DNA of 64,000 bases from Heteronotia binoei (lineage: Eukaryota): contig NC_083237.1 in assembly GCF_032191835.1 (NCBI RefSeq), positions 1,116,001 to 1,180,000 of the forward strand, in the 5' to 3' direction. Under the pieces are notes generated by a model, which made no database searches, was not told where the DNA came from, and worked only from the letters and a program-made list of their open reading frames with translations. The translations under genes and the position numbers were made by a program. Below, piece by piece: positions 46,235 to 58,761 of this stretch (the stretch's first letter is position 1; the number at the start of each line of letters is the position of its first letter).

Positions 46235-46857
46235 AGAGGCTCAGGGCAGAGCATCTGCTTGGCATGCAGAAGGTCCCAGGTTCAATCCCCGGCATCTTCA
46301 GGGAAAAGGATGTAATTGACCCCTGCTAGAGACCCTGGAGAGCCTCTGCCAGTCTGAGAAGACAAGACTGCCTTTGATGGACTGATTCAGTATAAGGCAG
46401 CTGCGTATGTTCATAACACAAACAGGACAGTTTCTGGGGAGGGACTGTGGCTCAATAGTAGAGCATCTGCTTGGTAAGCAGAAGGTCCCAGGTTCAATCC
46501 CTGGCATCTCCAACTAAAAGGGTCCAGGCAAATAGGCGTGAAAAACCTCAGCTGGAGACCCTGGAGAGCCGCTGCCAGTCTGAGTAGACAAGACTGACTT
46601 TGAGGGACCGAGGTCCTGATTCAGTAGAAGGCAGCTTCATATGTTCATTTGAACCTGGTTTTAAGGGAGGGACGGTGGCTCAGTGGTAGAGCATCTGCTT
46701 GGTAAGCAGAAGGTCCCAGGTTCAATCCCCAGCATCTCCAAAAAAGGGTCCAGGCAAATAGGTGTGAAAAACCTCAGCTGGAGACCCTGGAGAGCCGCTG
46801 CCAGTCTGAGGAGACAAGACCGAGGGCCTGATTCAGTAGAAGGCAGCTTCATATGTT
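46235..46857 (+). mobile_element. Three head-to-tail Squam2-like SINEs in SLC12A9 intron
   Basis: A/B boxes near 46240, 46445, 46672; tails ATATGTTCA. Confidence 0.8.
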
Positions 46858-46957
46858 TTGTGTCTCCCCCCCCCCCCCCCGACTTTTTTCCTTTTACATT
46901 TGTACAGCCAGCAGGTGTGCACCTCTGGGGAGGGAGGAGAGAGTGAGCAGAGGGTAC

Positions 46958-47040
46958 CTGCGCCAGGGCCCAGGTGTAGAGAACAGCCACCCAGGGGTTG
47001 CCCCCTTTGGAAAGTCGCTTTGCCGGAGCCAGGACGATCC
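46958..47040 (-). CDS. SLC12A9: SLC12A9 coding exon 8
   Basis: IVLAPAKRLSKGGNPWVAVLYTWALAQ. Confidence 0.95.
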
Positions 47041-47140
47041 CTGTGGGGAAAGCGAGAGAAAGCGGCAGGTGCCCACAGGTGGAACTCTGAGCTTCAGAGG
47101 GAGGGGGCTTGTGACGGCCTGCGGGGCAACTCGGCCTCAC

Positions 47141-47298
47141 CGAACAGGTCATCCTTGGCTAAGGCATGAAGGATCCTCGAAGCACCAATCAGGTTGCTCA
47201 TGGAGGCCGAGAGCGAGGCCGCGTAGATGCCGATCAGCACGAAGGGTGGCCAGATGTTGATTGCGCGGAAGAAGCCGTAGTCGCCCGTCAGCAGTCTC
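47141..47298 (-). CDS. SLC12A9: SLC12A9 coding exon 7
   Basis: RLLTGDYGFFRAINIWPPFVLIGIYAASLSASMSNLIGASRILHALAKDDLF. Confidence 0.96.
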
Positions 47299-47431
47299 CT
47301 GCGGGGGAGCCAAGGGCATGCACTGACCACCTCCTCCGTGGCTCCGGCTCCTAGCAAGACTCACTCCCCCCCCCCCCCGCTGTAGCATTGCCCTGGCCTA
47401 TCCCAACCCGCCCCCACTGCCCCCCACTCAC

Positions 47432-47543
47432 CGCTCACAGGTGAAGCTGGTCATGAAGAAGAGGAGGAAATAGATGACGAAGGTGTAGACCAGAGCCATG
47501 ATGGTCCCCTTTGGGATGGAGCTGCTGGCGTTTTTGAGCTCCC
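47432..47543 (-). CDS. SLC12A9: SLC12A9 coding exon 6
   Basis: [36 protein letters not shown]. Confidence 0.95.
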
Positions 47544-47646
47544 CTTCGCAGGAGGAAGAGAAGAGGACAGAAGGGGGTAAGTTCCCCTCTCCACCCCCTT
47601 CTTCTGCAAGAGGCCCGGCTCCCGCAGCCGCCTCCCCAAGCCTCAC

Positions 47647-47754
47647 CTGACATGTTGGAGCCTGCCATGATTCCTGTGCAGCCGTTGAACATCACCGCAA
47701 AGACAGTGGCGAAGGACATCATGTTGTTGGTGGTATAGTCCTGTGAGTACATGG
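47647..47754 (-). CDS. SLC12A9: SLC12A9 coding exon 5
   Basis: [35 protein letters not shown]. Confidence 0.94.
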
Positions 47755-48186
47755 CTGGGAATGCAGCAGGGGTGGGGGGGGGGGAGAGAGGACGGGGCTG
47801 GGTCACCCAGGCAAGGGTCTCGCTTCTTACAAGAAAGCCTCCAGACCCATCCACGTTCCCATCCCAGCATGGCTGTGTGTTCCCCCCTCCAGCCCTTCCT
47901 CCTGCTTCTTGCAAGGGAGAACTTGTGCAGTTTTCTCCCCAGCTTAAAACTCGTTTGCAATCACACCCCACAACTCTGACTCACAAAAGTGGGGACAGAA
48001 GGCACTACTAGAGTAGTAACCACTGCTGGGAGCCCCCTTGGTGTACCCTTATTTCCCCCACCGTTTTCACCTCCCCCCCAAAATCAAGACTGCCAATTCT
48101 TTAACCAAAACACTCCTTATGCTACAGTTGGAGGTCAGGGATAGTTTAAGGACGTGCACAAAGTGGCGCAGTGCACTTCAATGCAC

Positions 48187-49440
48187 TTAGAATCATAGAA
48201 TCCTAGAGTTGGAAGGGACCTCTAGGGTCTTCTAGCTAACCCCCTGCACACTGCAGGAAACTCACAAACACCTCCCCCTAAATTCACAGGATCTTCATCG
48301 CTGTCAGATGGCCATCTAGCCTCTGCTTAAAAACCTCCAAGGAAGGAGAGCCCACCACCTCCCGAGGAGGAAGCCTGTTCCACTGAGGAACCGCTCTAAA
48401 CTCACAAACCCCTCCCCTTAAATTCACAGGATCTGCATTGGTGTCAGATGGCCATCCAGCTTCTGTTGAAAAACCTCCAAGGAAGGAGAGCCCACCACCT
48501 CCCCAGGAGGAAGCCTGTTCCACTGAGGAACTGCTCTATACTCACAAACACCTCCCCCTAAATTCACAGGATCTTCATCGCTGTCAGATGGCCATCTAGC
48601 CTCTGTTGAAAAACCTCCAAGGAAGGAGAGCTCACCACCTCCCGAGGAAGTCTGTTCCACTGAGGAACCGCTCTAAACTCACAAACACCTCCCCCTAAAT
48701 GCACAGGATCTTCATTGCTGTCAGACGGCCATCTAGCCTCTGTTGAAAAACCTCCAAGGAAGGAGAGCTCACCACCTCCCGAGGAAGTCTGTTCCACTGA
48801 GGAACCACTCTAACGGTCAGGAAGTTCTTCCTAATGTTGAGCCGGAAACTCTTTTAATTTCAACCCATTGGTTCTGGTCCTACCTTCCGGGGCCACAGAA
48901 AACAATTCCACACCATCCTCTATAGGACAGCCCTTCAAGTACTTGAAGATGGTGATCCAATCACCTCTCAGCCGCCTCCTCTCCAGGCTAAACATCCCCA
49001 GCTCCTTCAACCTTTCCTCATAGGACTTGGTCTCCAAACCCCTCACCATCTTCGTCACCCTCCTCTGGACCCGTTCCAGCTTGTCTATATCCTTAAAATG
49101 TGGTGCCCAAAACTGAACACAATACTCCCGGTGAAGTCTTATCAGAGCAGAGCAAAGCGATACCATCACATCACGTGATCTGGACACTATATTTCTGTTG
49201 ATACAGCCCAAAATTGCATTTGCCTTTTTAGCCACCGCATCACACTGTTGACTCATGTTCAGCGCATGATCCACTAAGACCCCTAGATCCTTTTCGCACA
49301 TACTACTGCTGAGACAAGTCTCCCCCATCCTATAGCCATGCATTGGGTTTTTCCTACCTAAATGCAGAACTTTACATTTACCCCCGTTAAAATTCATTTT
49401 ATTGATTTTAGCCCAGTTTTCCAGCCTGTGTGCTCTTGAG
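48187..49440 (-). mobile_element. CR1 LINE 3' part with 4 x about 140-bp tandem copies of its 3' UTR
   Basis: ORF 48831-49514 CKVLHLGRKN..YCVQFWAPHFK..LFSVAPEGRTRTNGLKL; near-identical ORFs at 48284, 48424, 48564; tail (ATCATAGA)n. Confidence 0.9.
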
Positions 49441-49658
49441 TTAATTCCTTCTGTAGCAAAGCTGATGGGGATGGGGACGATGGGGATTTGTTTGGAAAAC
49501 ATCGGCTTTTGCACACCTGCCCAGGTGTCTGTAATGTGGAGGAACTAAACAGTAGATAAAGAGTACAAATCCAGGAGCACCTTAAAGACTAACAAAATTT
49601 GTGTCAGGAGAGGAGCTTTCGTGTGTCCCGTCTTAGTGCAATTCTGACCCATCCCTAC

Positions 49659-49949
49659 CATACATGTTGTCCCGGAGGGTGGAGATGTTGAACCCTGTGA
49701 AAGCCGCATCGAAGCTCCGGTTGCCGTCCCGGGAAATGACGACTTCACGGGGAGAGACGGCGAAGAAGCTGGCGAAGATGGTGACGAGGACCACGTTGAC
49801 CACCAGGAAGATGAAGAAGGCTGCTTTGGAGTAGATCTGCGCCCCCACCAGGCACACCACGAGGCACAGCAGGAGGACCAGGGAGCCGTAGAGGAAGCTG
49901 TACAGGTAGCCCTGGGGGAGGGCCTTCACACCAGGAGACTCCGCCCCGT
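49659..49949 (-). CDS. SLC12A9: SLC12A9 coding exon 4
   Basis: ALPQGYLYSFLYGSLVLLLCLVVCLVGAQIYSKA...FTGFNISTLRDNMY. Confidence 0.94.
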
Positions 49950-50081
49950 CTGGAGAGCCAGGAGGAGAGGACAGCAGGGTCTGAAGAGGCCAGTGTGCCA
50001 GGCTACCCTCTTGTGCAAATCAGGCCTCCACGGGCAGCTTGGAGATCCCTGGCCTCCCCCCACAGGGCTCACGGGACTCAC

Positions 50082-50213
50082 TTGCTCCAAAGACATCCAA
50101 GATGGCTTCCACCAGGCCAAGAACGTAGACGCCACAAGCACAGACGTTGGCCAAGAAGAACATGAGCCCGATGCTCCCGCCGAATTCAGGGCCCAGAGTC
50201 CGGCTGATCATGA
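50082..50213 (-). CDS. SLC12A9: SLC12A9 coding exon 3
   Basis: MISRTLGPEFGGSIGLMFFLANVCACGVYVLGLVEAILDVFGA. Confidence 0.96.
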
Positions 50214-50489
50214 CTGAAGCAGGGAGGAGGGGGCAGTTAAGGAGATCCTTGTGTGAGAGAGAGAGTGGGGGAGAGAGGCCAGGCTCCCAAGCATGGAGGA
50301 TGCGGCCATCGACAGCTTCCTGCCTTGTTTGCTCCACGTGTGGGAAAGGCCGTGGCTCAGTGGCACAGCCCCTGCTTAGCGTGCAGGAGGCCCTGGCTCA
50401 GTCTCTGGCAGCATCTCCCACTGAATGGATCTCACCGTAGGGGATGTGAAGGACCTAACCTGTGACCCTGGGGAGCTGCTGCCGGCCCA

Positions 50490-51010
50490 GAATCCTAGAG
50501 TTGGAAGGGACCTCCGGGGTCATCTAGTCCAACCCCCTGCACAAGGCAGGAAACTCACAAACACCTACCCCAAATTCACAGGATCTTCATTGCTGTCAGA
50601 TGGCCATCTAGCCTCTGTTGAAAAACCTCCAAGGAAAGAGAGCCCACCACCTCCCAAGAAAGCCTGTTCTACTGAGGAACCGCTCTTAACAATCATAGAA
50701 TTGGAAGAGACCTACAGGGTCATCTAGTCCAACCCCGTGCACAATGCAGGAAACTCACAAACACCTACCCCAAATTCACAGGATCTTCATTGCTGTCAGG
50801 TGGCTATCTAGCCTCTGTTTAAAAACCTCCAAGGAAGGAGCCCCTACCACCTCCCGAGGAGGAAGCCTTTTCCACTGAGGAATCGCTCTTAACAGTCAGG
50901 AAGTTCTTCCTAACGTTGAGCTGGAAACTCTTTTGATTGAATTTCAACCCATTGGTTCTGGTCCTACCTTCCAGGGCCACAGAAAACAATTCCACCTCAT
51001 CCTCTATATC
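50490..51010 (-). mobile_element. CR1 3' end fragments, same subfamily as 48.2-49.4 kb, 3' UTR duplicated
   Basis: ELFSVALEGRTRTNGLKFNQKSF; repeated CTAGTCCAACCCC..AAACTCACAAACACC. Confidence 0.8.
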
Positions 51011-51145
51011 AAGGGTGGCCAGCGGTAGCTCTCCAGATGTTTTTTGCCTACAGCTCCCATCAGCCCCAGCCATTGGCCATGCTGGCTGGGGCTGATGGGA
51101 GTTGTAGGCAAAAAACATCTGGAGAGCTACCGCTGGCCATCCCTG
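51010..51145. mobile_element. Palindromic hAT MITE with perfect 8-bp TSD
   Basis: CTCTATAT at 51002-51009 and 51146-51153. Confidence 0.9.
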
Positions 51146-51624
51146 CTCTATATGACAGTCCTAAGTAGGCAGCAGCCAATTCAACAGACTAAAAGTCTGA
51201 TTCAGTAGCAGGCAGCTTCAGGAGCATCTGGAATGCCACAGGTGGAGAGACCTCATTTCCCCCCCCCCCCCCGAGAAACCATCATCTGCCCTTGACGTTC
51301 CGGAGTTTCCCAGCTGGCTGCTTTGCACAGGGGTCTTCTGCGGCATGGAAAGTGTGCTGAGGTGAAGCGCTTCTCTCTGCCTTCAGCTCACACGGGAGGC
51401 CCTCTGCCCAGGAGCCCCACACCCACCCAGCCTTTTCAGCCCCTCTCCAGGTCACCCCATTCCCAAAGCCGCAGCTTTATCTCTCTTCCTTTCTGGTGTC
51501 TTGAAGCATCCCCACTAATGACGTTGATCCCACTCCTTTTCCCAAGAAACTGGGCTGATGTTATGTGGTTCTCCGCCTTCTTCATTTCTACCCTCACAAC
51601 AACCCTGTGAGGTGGGTTAGGGTG

Positions 51625-52088
51625 GCGGCAGCTACAAGCACAGCCAGCTTCAAGAGGGGGTTAGAAAAAAATATGGAGCAGCGGTCCATCAGCAGCTATT
51701 AGCCACAGTGTGTCTGTGTATGCATATATATATATATATAAATTTTTTTGGCCACTGTGTGACACAGAGTGTTGGACTGGATGGGCCATTGGCCTGATCC
51801 AACAGGGCTTCTCTTATGTTCTTATGTGACACAGAGTGTTGGACTGGATGGGCCATTGGCCTGATCCAACATGGCTTCTCTTATGTGACACAGCGTGTTG
51901 GACTGGATGGGCCACTGGCCTGATCCAACAGGGCTTCTCTTCTGTTCTTATGTGACACAGAGTGTTGGACTGGATGGGCCATTGGCCGGATCCAACATGG
52001 CTTCTCTTATGTTCTTATGTGACACAGAGTGCTGGACTGGAGGGGCCATTGGCCTGATTCAATATGGCTTCTCTTATGTTCTTATGAG
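51625..52088 (+). mobile_element. CR1 3' end with 5 tandem copies of the 67-bp terminal unit
   Basis: [19 protein letters not shown] then (TGTGACACAGAGTGTTGGACTGG..CTTA)x5. Confidence 0.88.
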
Positions 52089-52206
52089 AAAGAGTGTGTG
52101 AGACTGGCCAAAGGTCACTCAGTGAGTTTCATGGCTAAGTAGGGATCTGAACCCAGGTCTCCCTGTCCCAAGACACCCAAAGGCCACCATTGGCTTAAAA
52201 GGATAC

Positions 52207-52341
52207 AGTAAACCCCGCCTGCTTGGACCGCTCCATTGGTAGAGATGGCGCAGATGGACAGCACCGTCAGAGAGATGATGAGATAGGCAACGACCAGCAT
52301 GAGGAGGGACTGCAAGAATCCAGCGTGGCCCACCACGAACC
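52207..52341 (-). CDS. SLC12A9: SLC12A9 coding exon 2
   Basis: GFVVGHAGFLQSLLMLVVAY...ISTNGAVQAGGVY; ends at a U12-type donor. Confidence 0.95.
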
Positions 52342-53066
52342 CTGGCGGGGGGAGGACACAGAGCAAGGTGGGTCAGTTGGAGGCTGCAAGCCCAGAGAGA
52401 GGAAGGAAGGAAGGAAGAGCTCTGAAATCTGAATTGGTTTTCACCTGGCCAGGCTCCCCTTTCTTTGGTTGGCCATTAAGGAAAGCTTTGCAAGATAGCT
52501 AAGTACTTCTATGGGCTGCCCTTTGCACAACCTGAGTTGCCAAAGCCAAGCGGGGATGATGCTGTTTTGCATGTTTAAGGTGAAGCTTGCTAAAGTCAAG
52601 CTGCTCAGCCGCTCGGGCTGGGGGTCTCGCAAGCAACACTTCACTCCTTTGCAGGCTTTAAGAGAGAAAGACATGCATTAGAACTGGCACACGAGAAGAA
52701 GGATTCTTTCTACTCCCGATGGGGCTGTGTTCCCCAGCCACAAGCCCTCTGACTCATAAATCAGACCCCCCCCCACTTTGTATATGACTGGAGTAGACCC
52801 TCAGCTAAACAGCCGAGGCTGCCACAGTCATTGGGGGGGGGCATTCAGTGGGGTGAGGGCAGGCAGATGGTGCCAACACCCCCAGTCCTCTTGGCAGGCA
52901 CTCCTCCCTCCCGTGTTTCAAAGCCACCCCAGGAAGTGACGCGGCTGCACTTTCAGACCAGAGAGGCGCTACAGAGTTGGGCGGGGTCAGGAACACCCTG
53001 GAGGGAGTTGGCAAGAGAGGCCAGGAGACGGGGGCCACCCTAGACTCCCCAACTTTTGCCACTCAC

Positions 53067-53292
53067 CGATGCGCATGAAGACGACGATGCTAAACATGGA
53101 CAGCACGGTTGGCACGACGACCCCAAAGAAGGTGGACAGCTGCCGGGCGGGGTCAGCGTGGGGGCCCCTGGAGGCCAGTCCCCCAACCCCCACAACCAGG
53201 GGGGCCTCTTCCTGCACAGCCCCCGGCATCTCTGCGTCACCCGCTACTCGGAAGAGCCGGTAACTGAGCAAGGGGGAACTCTCCGTAGACAT
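53067..53292 (-). CDS. SLC12A9: SLC12A9 coding exon 1
   Basis: MSTESSPLLSYRLF...RQLSTFFGVVVPTVLSMFSIVVFMRI; acceptor at 53324. Confidence 0.95.
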
Positions 53293-54539
53293 GGCCCAGG
53301 GGGGCAGGAGGGTCTCCGATGCACCTGTGGAGCCACAAGAAGTGGGAAGGGGGGAGAAGAGAGATCTACTATCAGCCCCACTTGCTGCAGCTGTTACAGC
53401 CCCTGGCTCATCTCTGCCCTCCTGTCTGCATACACATCCCATGGAAATGGGTGAGAATACAAGCGGTAATTCCTGACGCATGGGGAGCCCACTCGGTCCC
53501 CTCCCACCACAGTGCCTACTGCCAGGGGCCAGGGCTCAGCGGTGGAGCATCTGCTTGGCATGCGGAAGGCTCAGGAGTGAGGAGAATGTGGGATTCATGG
53601 CCAGAGGGTGTCATGACAGCCACAGGAATAAACAGCTTTAAAAGGGGCGGATAGATTCACGGCAGATGAGTCTATCAGTGGCTGCTGGCCATGGCAACTG
53701 AAGGGGACCTCCATGTTTAGTCCACCTCTGAATCCCAGAGCCAGGAGGCAACGTCGGCATGGACTCTGCGCCCAGTTGTTGGCCCTCCAAAGGAACAGGA
53801 TCCTGGACTAGGTGGCTCCTCAGTGGTCAGGTCCTGCAGGGCTCTTCTGATGTTCCCACGTCCCAGGTTCAATCCCTGGCATCCCCAGTTAAGTGTCGCA
53901 GCTGATGCCAAGGCCTCCTCCTGCTACCTGTCTGAGTGGACAATACTGACTTTGGTGGCCCCATGCACAGAGGTGGTGGGGCTCAGACCTGTCCTGGAGG
54001 CCACCAAATCCCCAGGCACCGGCCGGCTGGTGACGGCCAGAAGACTGGCCCGCATTCAGCAATGAGCCAAGAAAGCAGGGCAGCTCTCTGTGCATGCTCA
54101 GAGGCACCACCGTCTTTACCCAAATAGGTACCGTGACTGAGAAAAGGACATGAAGGAAGCTGTGAGGCAAACCTGGCTGGGGGGACGGAATTACTCAGCA
54201 ATGGGGCATTAGGTGGGGTGCAAAGACAACAATACCGGGGTGGGGGGTGGAGAGGAGGCAAAGACAACAATTCCGGAGGGGGGTGGAGCCTTAAAGCTCC
54301 CCTGCTCTTAAGCCACAGAGTGATGCCTGTGCGCATCTGGAGAGACCCAGGGACCTGCGGGGCCTGGGAGAAGGAGAAGAAGGGCCTCCCTTGTTCTAAC
54401 ATCCCCCCCGTCTCGCAAGGGGGGGGGCAGCATCCTCCAAGACTGCCGGCCCCGCAGAAATGGCAAGGGGGGACCCCCCCCCCCCCCCAGTCTCCTCCAT
54501 CCCTCTGGCTGAAGCGGAGAGGGCCCCATGGGCGTGGGT

Positions 54540-54980
54540 TGCGCATCCTTCGCCCCCCACCCCCGAGTCCCGGGCGGGCAGAGAGAGACCTGGCGGCGGC
54601 GAGGCGGGAGCGTCATGGGCAGGGCAGGCGGCGGGTCACGGGCTCCCCGGCTTCATGTGACCGGCCCCGTGGCGGCGGCGGCGGCGGCGGCAGGCGGGAT
54701 GTGACTTCAGCGGGCCGCCGAGAGCGGTGAGCTCAGATCCTGCCGGCGCGGGGAGGGAGGAGCAGCAGCAGCAGCAGGAGCGCGCGCGCCAGCCAGCCCC
54801 GGGGACGCAGCCCGAGCAGAGAGACAAAGGGCAGCCGGAGAGCAGCGGCCTCTTCCAAGACGCCAGGAGCTCGCCTGGGTCACCCTGCTGCCGGCACACC
54901 TGCACGCCAGGCCTCCCCAGCCAGCCAGCCAGCAGCAGAAGCCCCGGGCGGAAGGAGGCCTGCCAAACCCTCGGGCCGGT
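54540..54980 (-). promoter_or_regulatory. SLC12A9: CpG island, probable SLC12A9 promoter and non-coding first exon
   Basis: CpG-dense with (GGC)n about 54670-54690 and (GCA)n about 54763-54778; 1.2 kb upstream of the first coding exon; exact donor not resolved. Confidence 0.7.
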
Positions 54981-57702
54981 GGGTCAGTCTTCCAAGGCAC
55001 TCCCGGGAGCCCCATCTCAAGGGGGCACCAGGTCCCCCTGGCGTCCAGCGGCCCGAGGCACAGAAAGGGGCTGGCGCGCCCTCCAAGGCTTCACCTCCAT
55101 CGCCAGGCCTGGGTTGCCTGATCCCCCCCCCCCCCCGGTCTTGTGCACCCGAGGGCAAAGCCCGGGCCTGCCTCACGGGGCAGTGGAAAACCCAGCATGG
55201 GCTCCGAAACCCCTCCCAAGAGGGCAGAGGACAGGAGGCAGGTTCCCCTCCACCCTCCAAGTGGCAGGCAGTCCAGGATGCGATCACCCCCCCCCCCACA
55301 CACACACACACCCAAGGCCAGGTCTCACAATGCTGCCGCCACACATGCCCCAGAGCCCCACAGATAAGATACCGAGATAATCTTGTGGCCAGATAGAGCC
55401 CCTCTTGAGCATCGGATAAAGCCATATGTGGACTCCATGCTGTGATCGCGGCTGTGTGCCCCCCCCCCCCCCCAGTCTGCATTGTGGCTCTCACCCCACC
55501 CACCCGAGGAAACCTAGTTGAGACGGCAGACCGCCTCTGGTTCCATGCCAGGCTTCTTGGTACCCTCATGGGAGCAGGAAGACTCAAGGCACAGCAGGTC
55601 CGGAGACTGGTCTACTTGATGGGCTGCTTGCCTTTATGGGTACTTTAAGCCCTGGGAATTGGGTGGGCTACTCTAGGCCGCCTCCTTTTCTTCGTTCATC
55701 TCTAATCTCTGACTTTTGCAAGCTTCCCGGTCCAACCCCGAGTGAGGGTGTTAGCTGAGAAAGCCCTTCAGGGGCTGGGTCCAAAGTCCCTCAAGGACAG
55801 CCTCCACCTGTTAGGTCCTGGCATGGGGCCCACGTGACTGGCATCTGTCAAGGTGCAGCCAACAAGGATCCGGATGAAGGCGGTCTTGGGCATCACCCCT
55901 ATCCAAGGGAACGCCCTCCTTGCAAGGAGGTGCCAATGGTCCTCTGGCAGCCCAGGGAACCCGCCCATCCCAGACAGCATTGGAGGGAAGCAGCTTCTTT
56001 CTACACCTGGTGTTCTGGCATTTGTGCAGATGGTATAATTTGTCTGATTGTCACCTGGGGCTGAATTCCGCATTTCTTTTGCTAGAAACCACATTGATTT
56101 CTGTAGAACAGACAGGTGCTCTGCTATTATGAGCATGAGGGACGGGCCTTTATCCCTGACCTCCGGGACACTCTTTTCTTCCTTGTCACGTTCCAAAGCT
56201 CCAAACTGCCGGTGGGCGAGAGCACGTGGGACAAACTGCGGAAGAGGCCTCCTCTTAAAAAGATCCTCTCACCCCAGTCCTTTGGAGATCAAAGCTTTCT
56301 GGATGCCAGGAGGGGAGGCAGGTAGAGAATGATTCTATGCAGGGATGACCCCCTGGGTCCAAGCCGCGTGTCAGCCCCACTGAACCCTAGATGCACAAGA
56401 CCCTCTCCCCACCCCACGGGCTCCCATGTACCACTTCTGTGGCACTTGTGTAGGGGAAGGGCCCACCGGAGTAGACCCCAGGTTAATTAGCATTCAAGGA
56501 GGGACTTCTTTGGCTACTTGCTTCAGGCAGCAAGAGAGAGTGCTTTGTTGCTCTTGCCGGGAAAACTGCCCAAGTGCTAAAGGAGGACGTGGCTTATCTC
56601 TCTGGCTGGGGCTGTGCCAGCTTTCGTGTCCTGACTGGACACCACCTGAACGTTGCAGGAGTTCGAGACCGATGGCTAAACAGAAAGGTTTGTGCTTTCT
56701 GCAAGCAGCTTTGTAGCTCAGCAAGGTTCTCTGCTGGGGAGGTAAGCCCCACTTTATTAGCATTAATTTATTCCCTTGTCTTACTTCTTTTGCAGCAGGT
56801 GAAAGGCCAGCATGCCTTTGGGGAGAGGGAAGAGAGAGGCTGGGGGCAATTCAAAAACCCAGGTCAGTTCCTCAGGTAGGACTCAAGAACCTGGCACGGT
56901 GAGCAGATCCCAAGCAAAATAGCTCCAGGTGAGCTGTAGGTGAGCCAGATGGACTGTGGGGGTTTGGGTGTGTGTCTCCAAGCTCCTCCCATGTCTTGGT
57001 CCCAGCCAATGGGGCTCCAGCAAGTGGAGGAAAGGATGTCCCATCCTTAGGGCAACTAAAGGTTCTTTCCCTGCCAATCACTCCACTGTGCACGACTGCA
57101 AACCCCCCAAGTCTCAAGGTCTTTGAGGTGGAGTCTGTGTGGAAGCTGGACTTCAGGCTGGGCTGGGAAGCACAGAAATGGGTAACTCTTTTGCTAGAGG
57201 GGATCAGATCTCTTCTTGGAACTCAAAAGCGAACACGAAAACAGTGAACTAGAACAGCAATATCTTGATGGAAGATGGATGGAAGATCCTCCGGGGCTGC
57301 AGGGGTCTCCGGGTCAAGCTGGAAGTCTCATCAGAGGCCCTGGTCCCTTCTTTGACCTCCGCAGGAAAGGACAGTGGGCAGAGTGATTCTTCCTACCTGG
57401 AGGCCTGGAAAAGAAAGACAGAATCACTCTTCTGAGGAAAAGAATGGCAATTCCTCGGGTTGCCAGAAGCGACTGGACGGCAGTTCACACCCAAAGGCCA
57501 GTTGCAGCTCCCTTCCTGGTGAGGCCAAGGATGCCCAGCGCAGCCCCAGCCGCACTGGGATTTGAACCCAGGCCTCCCTGTCCCAAGACACCCAAAGGCC
57601 ACCATTGGCTTAAAAGCATACAGTAAGCCCCGCCTGCCATTCCAGAGGGGGCCAGGCCTCCGAATCCCCTCCCACAAGCCTTCCCCACCCCCGGGATCAC
57701 AC

Positions 57703-57806
57703 CTGTTTCCTCCGTCGATAGATGCAGAGAGCGGCCCCAGCCATTAGGGCGATTCCAACAGGAACGAGGACCCCGATCAGGATTGCGGGCAGGTGGTCCT
57801 CTTTGC
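57703..57806 (-). CDS. ZAN: Zonadhesin transmembrane exon
   Basis: KEDHLPAILIGVLVPVGIALMAGAALCIYRRRKQ: hydrophobic helix then basic stop-transfer; in phase with the EGF exon. Confidence 0.82.
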
Positions 57807-57846
57807 CTGCTTGGGAGGAGGGGCAGAAGAGGGGGAGGCTTCATTA

Positions 57847-58522
<676 letters not shown>

Positions 58523-58761
58523 CCCTCTATAGGGGAGGGATCCACAGCAGATGACCCACAACAGGGAAATGGTCAGCAGAAGAGCTGGAAGGGCTCAGAT
58601 GATCCCACGCCTGTCAGCAGAGGAGGGCTGGGCTGGCACCACAGCGTGCTCTGAATCACACATCCCCTCCTGTGCAGTTTGGGGACCAGAGAATATCTGG
58701 ACTTCCCCTCAGGGCAGGGGGATTCCCACCCACCCCCTTTCTTGCCCTCAAAGGCGTTCAC

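Larger units (their letters stand above)
50214..52206 (-). other. SLC12A9: U12-type (minor spliceosome) GT-AG intron of SLC12A9
   Basis: 5' splice site GTATCCTTT at 52206; branch site TCCTTAAC at 50243-50236, about 22 nt from the 3' AG. Confidence 0.92.
42549..53292 (-). other. SLC12A9: SLC12A9 gene, coding span; 13 coding exons, 2796 nt = 931 aa + stop
   Basis: Phase-consistent join of the exons listed; starts MSTESSPLLSYRLF, ends HGLTPVTCTEL*; cation-chloride cotransporter family motifs. Confidence 0.96.
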
